A stretch of DNA of 40,490 nucleotides from Nitrosopumilales archaeon (GTDB taxonomy: Archaea; Thermoproteota; Nitrososphaeria; Nitrososphaerales; Nitrososphaeraceae), in the NCBI GenBank assembly GCA_044507735.1, contig JBIQJB010000020.1, positions 1 through 40,490 of the forward strand, in the 5' to 3' direction. Below the pieces are notes generated by a model. The model saw only the letters and a program-made list of their open reading frames with translations. It did no database searches and was not told where the DNA came from. Shown piece by piece: positions 28,068 to 37,271 of the stretch (position 1 is the stretch's first letter; the number at the start of each line of letters is the position of its first letter). A program made the translations under genes and the position numbers.

Positions 28068-29153
28068 ATGGGGCAAGAGACTGTCAGCGAGCGTATGGGC
28101 TCGTGTTCTCATGGCGGCATTTACTCGGTCAACCCCGCGCTGGTCAGAGTCGACTGCAGCTCAAGCGTCAACCCGCTTGGAACCCCCAGAAAGGCAATAG
28201 ATGCCATTCAAAGAAACGCCAAGTCCCTTGCACCAATGTACCCTGATCCAGAATGCAGAGAGCTAAAGGATGCCCTGTCATCCTATTTGCACGTTGACAG
28301 GGATTGGATTAGCGTCGGCAATGGCGCGGTGGAGATCATTTACTGGTTTGCTCAAGCGTTTGCAAAGGGCAAGGTGGTGATACCTGCGCCGACATTCTGC
28401 GAGTACGAACTTGCATCGCAAAAGGCAGGCGCAAGAGTAACGTTCGTTACCCTTCAGGATTGTTTCAAGCTTGATGCCGATGAAATTATTGAAAAAGCGA
28501 AAGGCGCGGATGCGATCTTTTTGTGCAATCCAAACAATCCGACGGGCACGCTTGCCACTAGCGAAATAAAAAGGATAATTGAAAACGTTGACAGCTCTGC
28601 AAAGATCCTTCTTGATGAGTGCTTTATCGAGCTCGTAGATGATCCTGATGCCAACAGCATGGTCGGGAGAGTGCAAGAGTTTGACAATCTTGTAATCCTT
28701 CGATCATTGACCAAGTCATTTGGCCTTGCTGGCTTGAGAGTGGGCTATAGCGTCTGCAACCCTTCACTCGCAGGCAAGCTTTCCATGAACAAGATCCCCT
28801 GGAACGTAAACGGTCTGGCGCAGGCTGCGGCAGTTGCTGCGCTTTCGGACAGAAAAAAATATCTTCAGAGAACGAGGGCAGTTATCAAGAGGGAACGCAA
28901 ATTTCTGCGTGACCACATAGCCAGGTTAGAATCATTCAATCCGCTGGAATCAGATGTTAACTATTTTCTTATCGACCTCAAGGACAGGAATTCTGCGCAG
29001 TTCCGAGATGCACTCTTGAAAAAGTCAGGTGTGCTTGTCAGGGACTGTAGCACATTTACAGGCATGGGCTCGCACCATGTCAGGGTCGCAGTCAAGACGC
29101 ATGCCGAGAACCTTCGCCTGGTGAAGGCATTGGAGAGATTTGCTGATGGCTAG
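28068..29153 (+). CDS. cobD: Threonine-phosphate decarboxylase (PLP, class I/II aminotransferase fold)
   Basis: HGG, SSSVNPLG, YPDP, GNGA.E, CNPNNPTG, DECF, RSLTKSFGLAGLRVGY. First gene of the cob operon. Start moved to the in-frame ATG at 28068, about 25 nt after TAAATATA (28037..28044). Confidence 0.85.
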   Translation: MGQETVSERMGSCSHGGIYSVNPALVRVDCSSSVNPLGTPRKAIDAIQRNAKSLAPMYPDPECRELKDALSSYLHVDRDWISVGNGAVEIIYWFAQAFAKGKVVIPAPTFCEYELASQKAGARVTFVTLQDCFKLDADEIIEKAKGADAIFLCNPNNPTGTLATSEIKRIIENVDSSAKILLDECFIELVDDPDANSMVGRVQEFDNLVILRSLTKSFGLAGLRVGYSVCNPSLAGKLSMNKIPWNVNGLAQAAAVAALSDRKKYLQRTRAVIKRERKFLRDHIARLESFNPLESDVNYFLIDLKDRNSAQFRDALLKKSGVLVRDCSTFTGMGSHHVRVAVKTHAENLRLVKALERFADG

Positions 29154-30000
29154 GAAGGCCAGGCTCTTGATGGTGCAGGGCACTTCTTCTGGTGCTGGCA
29201 AGAGCACCACGGTGATCGGCCTGTGTAGACTGCTTTCAGACAGGGGCTACAAGGTCGCGCCGTTCAAGGCACAAAACATGTCGTCCAATTTTTATTCGGC
29301 TCAGGGCGGGCTCAAGATGGCATCGGTGCAAGCGATTCAGGCAGTTGCGTCTAGGAAAGAGCCGGATCCAAGGATGAACCCAATCCTGCTCAAGCCTCTT
29401 GGGGAATACAGGAGCATGGTGTTTCTGAACGGCCGGCTGTACTCTGAGATGCACGCAAAGGAGTACTATGAGAAATTTGTCATGCAGCACGGCTTCTCCA
29501 TTGCGCTCAAGGCTCTTGACAGCCTGCGGAGCGAAAACGACGTTGTGGTGATTGAAGGTGCAGGCTCGCCGTCAGAGATCAACATTGCAAAATACGATAT
29601 TGCCAACATGCTCCTTGCGGAACAGGTCGGAGCTCCAGTGCTTATTGTGGCAGACATTGAACGCGGCGGATGTTTTGCCAGCATCGTTGGTACGATGCAG
29701 TTGCTAAAGCCGGCCCACCGGAGCCTTGTCAAGGGATTTCTGATAAACCAGTTCAGGGGCGACATCACCCTCCTCGCACCAGCGATAAAGGAAGTGCAAA
29801 AGATGACGAAAAAGAGGATTCTTGGGGTGATACCAAAGATCGAGTTCAACTTGCCAGAGGAGGATTCGCTTGTAGGCGGCATGGCAGGAAAGGCGGATGA
29901 TGTCCCCCGCGAAGCTTGGGACTGGCAGATAGACCTCGTTGCAAAGGCGATAAGAGAGAGTGCAGATATGGAAAAAATAACGGAGGTCATCGGGCTATAG
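29140..30000 (+). CDS. cobQ: Cobyric acid synthase, synthetase domain only (no GATase domain)
   Basis: QGTSSGAGKS, PFKAQNMS, MNPILLKP, EGAGSP.EIN, DIERGG, INQFRGD, LPEEDS. Only 286 aa. Confidence 0.9.
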   Translation: MLMARKARLLMVQGTSSGAGKSTTVIGLCRLLSDRGYKVAPFKAQNMSSNFYSAQGGLKMASVQAIQAVASRKEPDPRMNPILLKPLGEYRSMVFLNGRLYSEMHAKEYYEKFVMQHGFSIALKALDSLRSENDVVVIEGAGSPSEINIAKYDIANMLLAEQVGAPVLIVADIERGGCFASIVGTMQLLKPAHRSLVKGFLINQFRGDITLLAPAIKEVQKMTKKRILGVIPKIEFNLPEEDSLVGGMAGKADDVPREAWDWQIDLVAKAIRESADMEKITEVIGL

Positions 30001-30968
30001 AAGCACTGGCTACTCTACTTGTGGCGCTTCTTGCAGGGATAAGCGCTGACTTGCTATTTGGCGACCCTCCAAATAGGTATCATCCGGTGGCATGGCTTGG
30101 CCGGCTAATCGGCCATTTTGTGCCCCGTCTAAAGGGAGGAGCAGAGAGGGCAAAGGGTACGATATTTGCAATCTCCCTAGTAGCGGCAGTTGGCCTCGCA
30201 ATCCACTTTGCAGTATTTGCAAGCATGGTGTATCTCGGAGGCATAATTGCACTGATCATAGCTTCTGCAATAGTGCTGAAAATAGCCATCGCAGTCACAG
30301 GCATGGAAAGGCACGCAAAGGCGATCATGTCATGCCTGGAAGCTGGCGACCTGGTTGGCGCCCGTCAGAACCTGTCTATGATAGTGAGAAGAAAGACCGA
30401 CGATCTTGACGAGCAGCACATCATGTCAGCAACAATCGAATGTGTAAGCGAAAGCACGGTTGACGGAATAACTGCGCCCATCTTTTACTACTCCCTATTG
30501 GGGCCGGCGGGAGCGTTTGCGTACAGGACGATAAACACGCTTGACTCGATGGTGGGATACAAGGATGAATATTTCAAAGACATTGGCTGGATGTCGGCCA
30601 GGCTTGACACGGCTGCAAACTATGTTCCGGCGAGAATAACCGCTTTTCTAATGGTAGTGTCGGCAAGGATGCTTGGAGCCGACTGGAAAAATTCGCTCAG
30701 CATGCTCCAGCGCGACCATGCAAAGACATTCAGCCCAAACGCAGGCTACCCGATGGCCACAATGGCTGGCGCGCTGCGCGTCAGGCTCGAAAAGGTTGGC
30801 CACTATGCGCTGGGCGATGACCAAGAGCCGGCAACGCTTGAGAAGTGCAAGGAGGCCATTTCGATAATGAAGCTTACCACGCTGTTGTTCTGCCTCGGCG
30901 TTTCTGCGCCCATAATTTCGGCCATGTATCTTGCAGGTGGATGGAGGATTATTCTTGGCATCCCTTAA
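29997..30968 (+). CDS. cbiB: Adenosylcobinamide-phosphate synthase
   Basis: GDPP..HPV.W.G, AR..LS.IV.R, E...E..VDG..AP.FY, NTLDSMVGY, ARLD..N.VPAR, SPNAG. Start uncertain (ATA 29997 or GTG 30021; the ORF-track start at 29916 lies inside cobQ). Confidence 0.88.
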   Translation: MEALATLLVALLAGISADLLFGDPPNRYHPVAWLGRLIGHFVPRLKGGAERAKGTIFAISLVAAVGLAIHFAVFASMVYLGGIIALIIASAIVLKIAIAVTGMERHAKAIMSCLEAGDLVGARQNLSMIVRRKTDDLDEQHIMSATIECVSESTVDGITAPIFYYSLLGPAGAFAYRTINTLDSMVGYKDEYFKDIGWMSARLDTAANYVPARITAFLMVVSARMLGADWKNSLSMLQRDHAKTFSPNAGYPMATMAGALRVRLEKVGHYALGDDQEPATLEKCKEAISIMKLTTLLFCLGVSAPIISAMYLAGGWRIILGIP

Positions 30969-31752
30969 GCCGGTTCAGTCCGTTCTTGCATTCCTGACAA
31001 TACTGCCGGCAGGCAAACAAAGCCATGACATACACTATGTCGCCAAGAACATGCATCTGTTCCCCGTCGCAGGTCTCGTAATAGGTGCAATAATCGGCGG
31101 GATGGCCTTTGGAATCTCGCCCTTCCTGCACCCGCTGCTGGTAGGGTTGCTCGTCACTGGCGCACTCGTGATCATAACGGGCGTTCACCACACTGATGCG
31201 CTGGCAGATTTTGCAGACGGCCTGATGGCAAAGGGTGGCAAAGAGGTAAAACGCAAAGCCATGCTCGACCCCGCCGTCGGCTCCGCAGGTGTGGCAGCAC
31301 TTGTCATGTATTTCGCAGGCATGATAATCGTGTTCCAGACAGGATTTCCGTCTGGCTTGTCCATTCTCGCTAGCATCGTGACTGCAGAGGTGATTGCAAA
31401 GTATGTCATGGTGTACCTTGCAAACAGGGGACTTTCGGCATGGGAAGGATTCAGTTCGCCTTTTACCGCAGCGATGAAAGACAAGCGCAAGATAGCAGCA
31501 GCGACAGGCATCGTGCTAGCAATAGTATGGCTTGCAAGCAATTATGCCGGCATGATTGCTCTTGGGGTTTCGCTTGCCATCGCAACGATTATGAAATACG
31601 CCTCAGGCAAGAGCTTTGGGGGGATATCGGGAGACGTCCTTGGCGCATCGAATGAGATTACCCGGCTGTCGTCGCTTATCGTATTGTCGTCAGTTCCCCC
31701 GCTCCCGCTGACGACGGCAGTGGTGAGTGTGGGTGGGGTGCCTTTCCTTTGA
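30955..31752 (+). CDS. cobS: Adenosylcobinamide-GDP ribazoletransferase (cobalamin synthase)
   Basis: FLTILP, TG.HH.DALADFADG, M.DP.VG, FGGISGDVLGA.NE. In-frame TTG at 30955 chosen as the start. Confidence 0.9.
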   Translation: MASLKPVQSVLAFLTILPAGKQSHDIHYVAKNMHLFPVAGLVIGAIIGGMAFGISPFLHPLLVGLLVTGALVIITGVHHTDALADFADGLMAKGGKEVKRKAMLDPAVGSAGVAALVMYFAGMIIVFQTGFPSGLSILASIVTAEVIAKYVMVYLANRGLSAWEGFSSPFTAAMKDKRKIAAATGIVLAIVWLASNYAGMIALGVSLAIATIMKYASGKSFGGISGDVLGASNEITRLSSLIVLSSVPPLPLTTAVVSVGGVPFL

Positions 31753-32345
31753 TAGCGGCCATAATGTGTGGCGGCAAGGCGACAAGGATGAAGGCGCAGA
31801 CTGAAAAGCCGCTGCTCAAGGTCGGCAACATTTCAATGATAGAACGGGTAGTATCAGCTCTTGCCGGTTCTCACAAGTTTGAAAAAATTGTCACTATAAC
31901 TTCGCCCAATTCTCCAAACACAAAGCAGCGTATGTTAACAATGGGAATTGAGGTAATTGAAACAGCAGGGGAGGGCTACCCTCAGGACCTTTCTCTCGTC
32001 CTTGCCAGACTAAAACCAGAAAGGGTCATGGTGGTGCCGGCGGACATACCACTGCTAGACTCGCAGACCATAAGTGACATTGTCGACACTGCCTGCAGCA
32101 AGCAGGAGCCGGCCGTCTCAATTGTGCTTGAGAAGGAGTTTGTGGAAAACACAGGCGTCAAGCCGAGTGTGGTTTTTGGCCGGTACTGCCACTCCGGCAT
32201 CACTGTTTTCGACACGGCGAGAGTTGCAAGAGAAGTGGCGGTGCAGGAGCGCTATATAGTGATGAACAGGAAGAGGCTGGCGCTCAACGTAAATACAAAA
32301 GAAGAGTTGGAGCTGGCGGAGAAATTACTGGTCCAGTGCGCCTAG
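31749..32345 (+). CDS. cobY: GTP:adenosylcobinamide-phosphate guanylyltransferase (archaeal)
   Basis: MCGGKATRM..EKPLL, G.GY..DL, ADIPL, NVNT. Last gene of the cob operon. Confidence 0.85.
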   Translation: MIAAIMCGGKATRMKAQTEKPLLKVGNISMIERVVSALAGSHKFEKIVTITSPNSPNTKQRMLTMGIEVIETAGEGYPQDLSLVLARLKPERVMVVPADIPLLDSQTISDIVDTACSKQEPAVSIVLEKEFVENTGVKPSVVFGRYCHSGITVFDTARVAREVAVQERYIVMNRKRLALNVNTKEELELAEKLLVQCA

Positions 32346-32525
32346 CACCTTGCCGTTGATTATGGCAAGGCTTCCAGACTTTTGTGCCAGCAGCTCCCCG
32401 CATGACTTGCAGTTGATGTCAGTTGTCGTGTGCGAAAAGACCACGGCTTTTTCGCCGCATTTTTCACACTGGACTGACAGGAATGCGCTCCTCGGCTTTG
32501 GAATCATGATGCTTTCTCGCTTCAT
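32325..32525 (-). CDS. rps27e: 30S ribosomal protein S27e
   Basis: IPKPRS.FL.V.CEKC...VFSH...CKSCG. Confidence 0.95.
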   Translation of the reverse strand: MKRESIMIPKPRSAFLSVQCEKCGEKAVVFSHTTTDINCKSCGELLAQKSGSLAIINGKVLGALDQ

Positions 32526-32536
32526 ATCAGATCACC

Positions 32537-32809
32537 TCATATCTCCAGCTTGCGGATCCTCATGCCCTGTTTCATTGTCTTGTACTGGCACGTCTTACAG
32601 GTATAGCGCAAAGTCATTTTCTTGGTGGTCTTGGCAGTCCTCTTGAGTTCGGGGAATTTCTGGCCGCCATAGCCTTTCTTGTCCTCGGCGTGCCTGCGGG
32701 CGCCCTCTGCCACCTTGCGATCCTTGCCCTTCTTATATAAGGCAACTGACTGGACCGTATGGGTCTTACACTTGGGGCAGAACTTGCGCATCTCCTTCTG
32801 CATCTTCAT
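32537..32809 (-). CDS. rpl44e: 50S ribosomal protein L44e
   Basis: FCPKCKTHT, GYGGQKFP, KTTKK, CKTC. Confidence 0.96.
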   Translation of the reverse strand: MKMQKEMRKFCPKCKTHTVQSVALYKKGKDRKVAEGARRHAEDKKGYGGQKFPELKRTAKTTKKMTLRYTCKTCQYKTMKQGMRIRKLEI

Positions 32810-32928
32810 ATGGCTACCAGATGCTCCGAAAGGGTAATTTAATGTATATCTGCATCTCCAGAAGCCACTCCCAGAGGCAGCATTAACAGCAAATCTAATA
32901 TACCAAGACTACCAACCCCTCCGGTAGT

Positions 32929-33054
32929 ATGTTCGAATCCCTGTTACAGCAATCAATAGACCCGGCTGCTTTCCCTGTATGGATCCCACTGGCTTTCGGA
33001 CTGATTGTAGGCCTGGCCTACGTGGTTGCGTCAGCAGCAAGGCGCAGTCGCTAA
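32929..33054 (+). CDS. Unannotated 41-aa single-pass membrane microprotein
   Basis: MFESLLQQSIDPAAFPVWIPLAFGLIVGLAYVVASAARRSR*. TATA-like taatata about 27 nt upstream, T-tract directly downstream, one TM helix plus a basic tail. Confidence 0.7.
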   Translation: MFESLLQQSIDPAAFPVWIPLAFGLIVGLAYVVASAARRSR

Positions 33055-33119
33055 CGGCGCCTAACTCTTTTCTTTTTATATGATACAGCTTTATAATCAG
33101 CGATAGCTTTACCCATACC

Positions 33120-33335
33120 ATGGGCCTTTTCCACCGAGAGAAGACTGAATGTAGCGAATGTGGCGCGAGATTTGCAAGCTATGATGAGCTCGTCCAGCAT
33201 GCCAGAGAAGCCCACAAGATCCGCCCTGTCAGATGCAGTAGCTGCGGCAGGTTTTTCCTGCACGAGAAAGACAGGTTGCACCACGTAAAGGAAGAGAAGG
33301 AGAAAAAGTTGGACGCCCGCAGGCACAGGTTTTAA
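33120..33335 (+). CDS. Small C2H2 zinc-finger protein
   Basis: CSEC-x12-H-x4-H complete finger, then CSSC-x12-H with the last ligand absent. tttataat promoter upstream. Confidence 0.8.
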   Translation: MGLFHREKTECSECGARFASYDELVQHAREAHKIRPVRCSSCGRFFLHEKDRLHHVKEEKEKKLDARRHRF

Positions 33336-33362
33336 TGAATCTGCAAGGATGATCGCTATAGA

Positions 33363-33776
33363 ATGGATTTTGCGGTGAGGATAGGGGCAACGAAGGAGCG
33401 CACAATAACCGTCGACTCGAATCAGACGACAAGCTTTCTCTGGGAAGGTGAAAACGTCCTCTCTACCCCCTCGATGATATTGGAGATGGAGGAGACGTGC
33501 AGGCTCTTGCTCAAAGAACAATTTTTGCGCGACCCCGACTGGGACTCGGTCGGTACGATCGTAGATATCAAGCACCTTGCAGCCACACCTGTGGGAGCAG
33601 AGGTATACCTCAAGGCCAAGGTGGTCTCGGTCGATGGGAGACGTGTCATGTTCGAGGTGGAAGCGAGGGACAAGCTTGAGAAGGTGGGCGAAGGCAAACA
33701 CGAGAGGTTCATAATAAACATCCCCCGTTTCAGGGCAAAATTCAACGAGAAGCAAAAGCAATTGGGGACGCAATGA
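33363..33776 (+). CDS. Hotdog-fold thioesterase, FlK-like
   Basis: VLSTP.MI..ME (Thr, Glu), SVGT.V.IKHLAATPVG (His), G.G.HER. Confidence 0.88.
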   Translation: MDFAVRIGATKERTITVDSNQTTSFLWEGENVLSTPSMILEMEETCRLLLKEQFLRDPDWDSVGTIVDIKHLAATPVGAEVYLKAKVVSVDGRRVMFEVEARDKLEKVGEGKHERFIINIPRFRAKFNEKQKQLGTQ

Positions 33777-33838
33777 GTCAAAATCTATAAAAGACGCATG
33801 GGGAATCGTGTAATTATTCTAATAGGTGATATGCAAGT

Positions 33839-35491
33839 ATGGCATCAATTCAAACAACTGCTGGCGGAATGCCAGTTTTGATTTTGAAGGAAGGAACCAA
33901 GGAATCAAAGGGCAGAGAAGCCCAGAAGAACAACATCACTGCTGCAAAGCTTATCGCGGAAATTGTAAAGACCAGCCTAGGTCCAAGGGGCATGGACAAG
34001 ATGCTTGTGGACTCGCTGGGAGATGTGACAATAACAAACGACGGCGCCACCATTTTGAAGGAAATTGACGTGCAGCACCCAGCTGCGAAAATGATGGTAG
34101 AAGTCGCAAAATCTGTCGACAACGAAGTTGGTGACGGCACCACGTCGTCGGTTGTATTTGCCGGCGCCCTGCTCGAAAAGGCTGAAGAGCTGGTGAACAA
34201 GGACGTGCACCCGTCTGTCATTGTGGATGGCTACAACGCAGCCGCCGAGCAAGCACTGAAGATATTGGAAAGGATTGCAGTCAAGGTCGACATCTCTGAC
34301 AAGGACATGCTGATGAAAATCACAAGAACCAGCATGGATTCAAAACTGGTATCAGAAGACAGTCCGACGCTGGCACAGATCGTCGTTGACGCGGCAAAGC
34401 AGGTCGCAGAAAAGACAGACGCAGGTGGCTACAGAGTAGACCTTGACGACATTAAAGTTGAGAAGAAGGCAGGAGGCTCGATGCGCGACACAAAGCTGAT
34501 CAGGGGAGTTGCCCTTGACAAGGAAGTCGTGCACGCAGGCATGCCAAAGAGGATTGAAAATGCCAAGATCGCATTGATCAACTCTGCTCTGGAAATCGAA
34601 AAGACGGAAATGAGCGCAGAGATCAGGATTTCGGACCCGCAGCAGATGAAGATGTTCCTCGAAGAGGAAAACCGCATGCTCAAGTCCATGGTCGACAAGA
34701 TAGTACAGAGCGGCGCAAACGTCCTCCTGTGCCAGAAGGGCATCGACGACATTGCGCAGCACTACCTTGCAAAGGCCAACATTCTGGCAGTAAGGCGCGT
34801 AAAGGAATCAGACATGACCAAGATGTCCCGCGCAACTGGTGCCAGGATTGTCAACAACCTTGACGACCTCACAGCAGACGATCTTGGAAGCGCAGACCTA
34901 GTCGAAGAGCGCAAGATAGAGACTGACAAATGGGTATTTGTCGAAGGGTGCAAGAACCCGAAATCTGTCACAATCCTGATCAGGGGCGGCTCTCAGAGGG
35001 TTGTCGACGAGGCTGACAGGTCATTGCATGACGCACTAATGGTCATGAAGGATGTGTTTGAGCATCCGGCCATAGTCGCAGGCGGAGGGGCACCAGAGGC
35101 GTACATCGCAAACGAACTGAGACAGTGGGCCAGCAGCCAAGAAGGCCGCGCCCAGCTGGCGGTGCAAAAGTTTGCCGATGCTCTGGACGTAATCCCGCTC
35201 AGCCTCGCAGAGAATGCAGGCATGGACCCGATAGACACCATGACAGAGCTTCGCGCAAGCCAGAGCAAGGGATCCAAATGGACAGGTGTCGATTGCAGGA
35301 ACACAAAGGTGACTGACATGTACAAGCAGAACGTGCTGGAGCCTGTTGTGATCAAGCAGCAGATAATCAAATCTGCTACAGAGGTCGTGTCGATGATCCT
35401 CAGGATCGACGACGTGATTGCGGCAAGCAAGTCCAAGATGCCGTCAGGTCCTCCAGGCGGAGGAGGCATGGGCGGCATGGACATGGAGTAA
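33839..35491 (+). CDS. ths: Thermosome (group II chaperonin) subunit
   Basis: LGPRGMDKML, TNDGATIL, GDGTTS, AGGGAPE, LRIDD, GGMGGM tail. TATA ctataaaa near 33785 and SD ggtga at 33825. Confidence 0.97.
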   Translation: MASIQTTAGGMPVLILKEGTKESKGREAQKNNITAAKLIAEIVKTSLGPRGMDKMLVDSLGDVTITNDGATILKEIDVQHPAAKMMVEVAKSVDNEVGDGTTSSVVFAGALLEKAEELVNKDVHPSVIVDGYNAAAEQALKILERIAVKVDISDKDMLMKITRTSMDSKLVSEDSPTLAQIVVDAAKQVAEKTDAGGYRVDLDDIKVEKKAGGSMRDTKLIRGVALDKEVVHAGMPKRIENAKIALINSALEIEKTEMSAEIRISDPQQMKMFLEEENRMLKSMVDKIVQSGANVLLCQKGIDDIAQHYLAKANILAVRRVKESDMTKMSRATGARIVNNLDDLTADDLGSADLVEERKIETDKWVFVEGCKNPKSVTILIRGGSQRVVDEADRSLHDALMVMKDVFEHPAIVAGGGAPEAYIANELRQWASSQEGRAQLAVQKFADALDVIPLSLAENAGMDPIDTMTELRASQSKGSKWTGVDCRNTKVTDMYKQNVLEPVVIKQQIIKSATEVVSMILRIDDVIAASKSKMPSGPPGGGGMGGMDME

Positions 35492-35545
35492 GAAAGAAGG
35501 AATCCCTCTTCTTTCTCCTTTTTACCTTTTTTCGATCTTTTTCAA
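35492..35545 (+). terminator. Pyrimidine/T-rich terminator after the thermosome gene
   Basis: ctcttctttctcctttttaccttttttcgatctttttc following the stop codon. Confidence 0.5.
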
Positions 35546-35578
35546 ACTACATATACAACCTAGCCATTTTGAGCATAC

Positions 35579-36616
35579 GTGACATTAATCGAAAAGCTGC
35601 GGCACCTTGTCGTCGGGGGCTCGATAGTTGTAATGCCCGACTTTTTCGTCGACCGCATAATACGGCTAGAATCAAAAGAGAAATTCTTTGACGCGCTGAC
35701 AGAAAAAGCAAAGCGAGGCGGCGGAAGCGTCAGAGGGGTGCCAACAGTCGACGTCAAGGGGGGCAATGCAGTCAATGTGGCTTATTGCCTTTCAAAGCTT
35801 GGAGTCAAGGTCTCATTGTTCACGGTGGCAGACGAAATAGGCGCTGCCATGATACGGCAGGCATTCTCTCAATTTGGCGAGAGGGTGACGCTGAGGATAA
35901 GCACGGGCAAGAGCGGCCTCACCACCTCGTTTGAATTCCCGCATGGAGAAACAAGAGTAAACGTCATGGTTAGTGACATTGGCGACAACGACAGCTTTGG
36001 CCCAGAGAAGATAGGATCAGAAGCCGACAGAGCCATTCTGAAAAATGCCGACGGAGTCGTGATAACCAACTGGGCAAGCAACAAGAAGGGCACCGAGCTT
36101 GCCGAGTTTGCCTTCAGGAATTCACCAAGCGCCTTCCACTTTATCGATCCTGCAGACATTGAAAATAGAAAGCAAGACTTTTGCAACTCACTGGCCAAGC
36201 TTGCAGACATAACCGACTGTCTGAGCATAAATGAAAATGAATGCAACTCGCTTGCAGACGCACTGGGGATTGCGCATCCGCTTGGAGCCAGCTTTGATGC
36301 AAATGAAATCAAGGCAGCTGCCAAGATGGTTGCGCAAAGAGTAGGGATCAGCACCGATCTGCACACAAGAATTGGCTCTGCGTGGTCGAACGGAAAGGAA
36401 AGTGAATTTGTGCATGCGATAAGAGTAGAGGCAAGGACTCTCACAGGTGCTGGCGACTCGTGGGATGCAGCAGACATTGTAGGATACCTTGCAGGCCTTG
36501 ACGCTCGCGAGAGGCTCTTGTTTGCAAACTGCTGCGCGTCGCTCTATGTAAGAGACCCGCAGGGCGAGCCTCCTGTCATGAACAAGGTCTTCGAGTTATT
36601 GGAAAGGGTGCAGTAG
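35579..36616 (+). CDS. PfkB/ribokinase family carbohydrate kinase
   Basis: GGNAVNVAY.L.KLG, NENE, TGAGDSWDAA. Confidence 0.9.
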   Translation: MTLIEKLRHLVVGGSIVVMPDFFVDRIIRLESKEKFFDALTEKAKRGGGSVRGVPTVDVKGGNAVNVAYCLSKLGVKVSLFTVADEIGAAMIRQAFSQFGERVTLRISTGKSGLTTSFEFPHGETRVNVMVSDIGDNDSFGPEKIGSEADRAILKNADGVVITNWASNKKGTELAEFAFRNSPSAFHFIDPADIENRKQDFCNSLAKLADITDCLSINENECNSLADALGIAHPLGASFDANEIKAAAKMVAQRVGISTDLHTRIGSAWSNGKESEFVHAIRVEARTLTGAGDSWDAADIVGYLAGLDARERLLFANCCASLYVRDPQGEPPVMNKVFELLERVQ

Positions 36617-36631
36617 TGCTAGTAGCGACAA

Positions 36632-36952
36632 TCAGGCAAGCTTGCTGGCATCAAACGGTTCCCTGATCGATCGCAGCATGTAGAGCATCTTGCGGATGTA
36701 GCGCTGCTTTGACGGGACCTCGACCAGCTTGCGCTGGTAAAAGTCGATCAAATGATCGATAATGCAGGTGCCGTCCTGTGATTCTGACAGATTACTCAAT
36801 ATCTGCGAGTACCAATACTCCACCAGGGCATCCTCGCCGTGTTTTTCCTCGAGCTCGACCAGAAATGCAAAGTTCGAATGGCATCGGCGACACAACCCAT
36901 AGTGAGCCTTGGCATACGATCTACTTTCAAAATGGCCGCACTTTGCCCTCAT
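36632..36952 (-). CDS. Hypothetical protein with N-terminal CxH/CxxC Zn-binding motif
   Basis: KCGH...GLCRRCH followed by a helical domain. Confidence 0.7.
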   Translation of the reverse strand: MRAKCGHFESRSYAKAHYGLCRRCHSNFAFLVELEEKHGEDALVEYWYSQILSNLSESQDGTCIIDHLIDFYQRKLVEVPSKQRYIRKMLYMLRSIREPFDASKLA

Positions 36953-37031
36953 TCGTCATGGCATACTATGCAGAAACCCTATTTGAACCCCGACGGGTAT
37001 TTTAAATGACAAGAGTGCCCTAGACTTTGCC

Positions 37032-37271
37032 ATGATAGAGGCAGAGGATGCGGTCAGGATCGTCGATACAGTCGCCAAGAACCTGATTGGGGTATCAAGA
37101 AATAGTTCCAATTTTGAAAGGCTGCCAGACACATTTTGGGGGTATTTCGCAAGAGGGCATGACGCAAAAGGCAGGTTTGGAGTGATCGTCACCTATTCTG
37201 AAAACGGCAGCGACGTTGACGAGCTGATAAGGATGTACGAACAGTGGGTCGCAAAGAACAAGTCTAGATGA
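37032..37271 (+). CDS. Hypothetical protein
   Basis: 79-aa ORF with protein-like composition. ttttaaa TATA about 27 nt upstream. Confidence 0.7.
   Translation: MIEAEDAVRIVDTVAKNLIGVSRNSSNFERLPDTFWGYFARGHDAKGRFGVIVTYSENGSDVDELIRMYEQWVAKNKSR

Noticed and set aside
27930-28095. Possible cobalamin riboswitch upstream of the cob operon
   Set aside because: Only vague cactg/gagac fragments, with no proper B12 box. A TATA box about 25 nt before ATG 28068 implies a leaderless mRNA with no room for a riboswitch.
32921-32945. gttcgaatccc resembling a tRNA T-loop
   Set aside because: No T-stem, acceptor or anticodon arm can be folded around it; it is the start of the 41-aa ORF.
33051-33773. 240-aa minus-strand ORF and similar long antisense ORFs (e.g. 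7288..7893, 35869..36477)
   Set aside because: Shadows of well-supported genes on the opposite strand.
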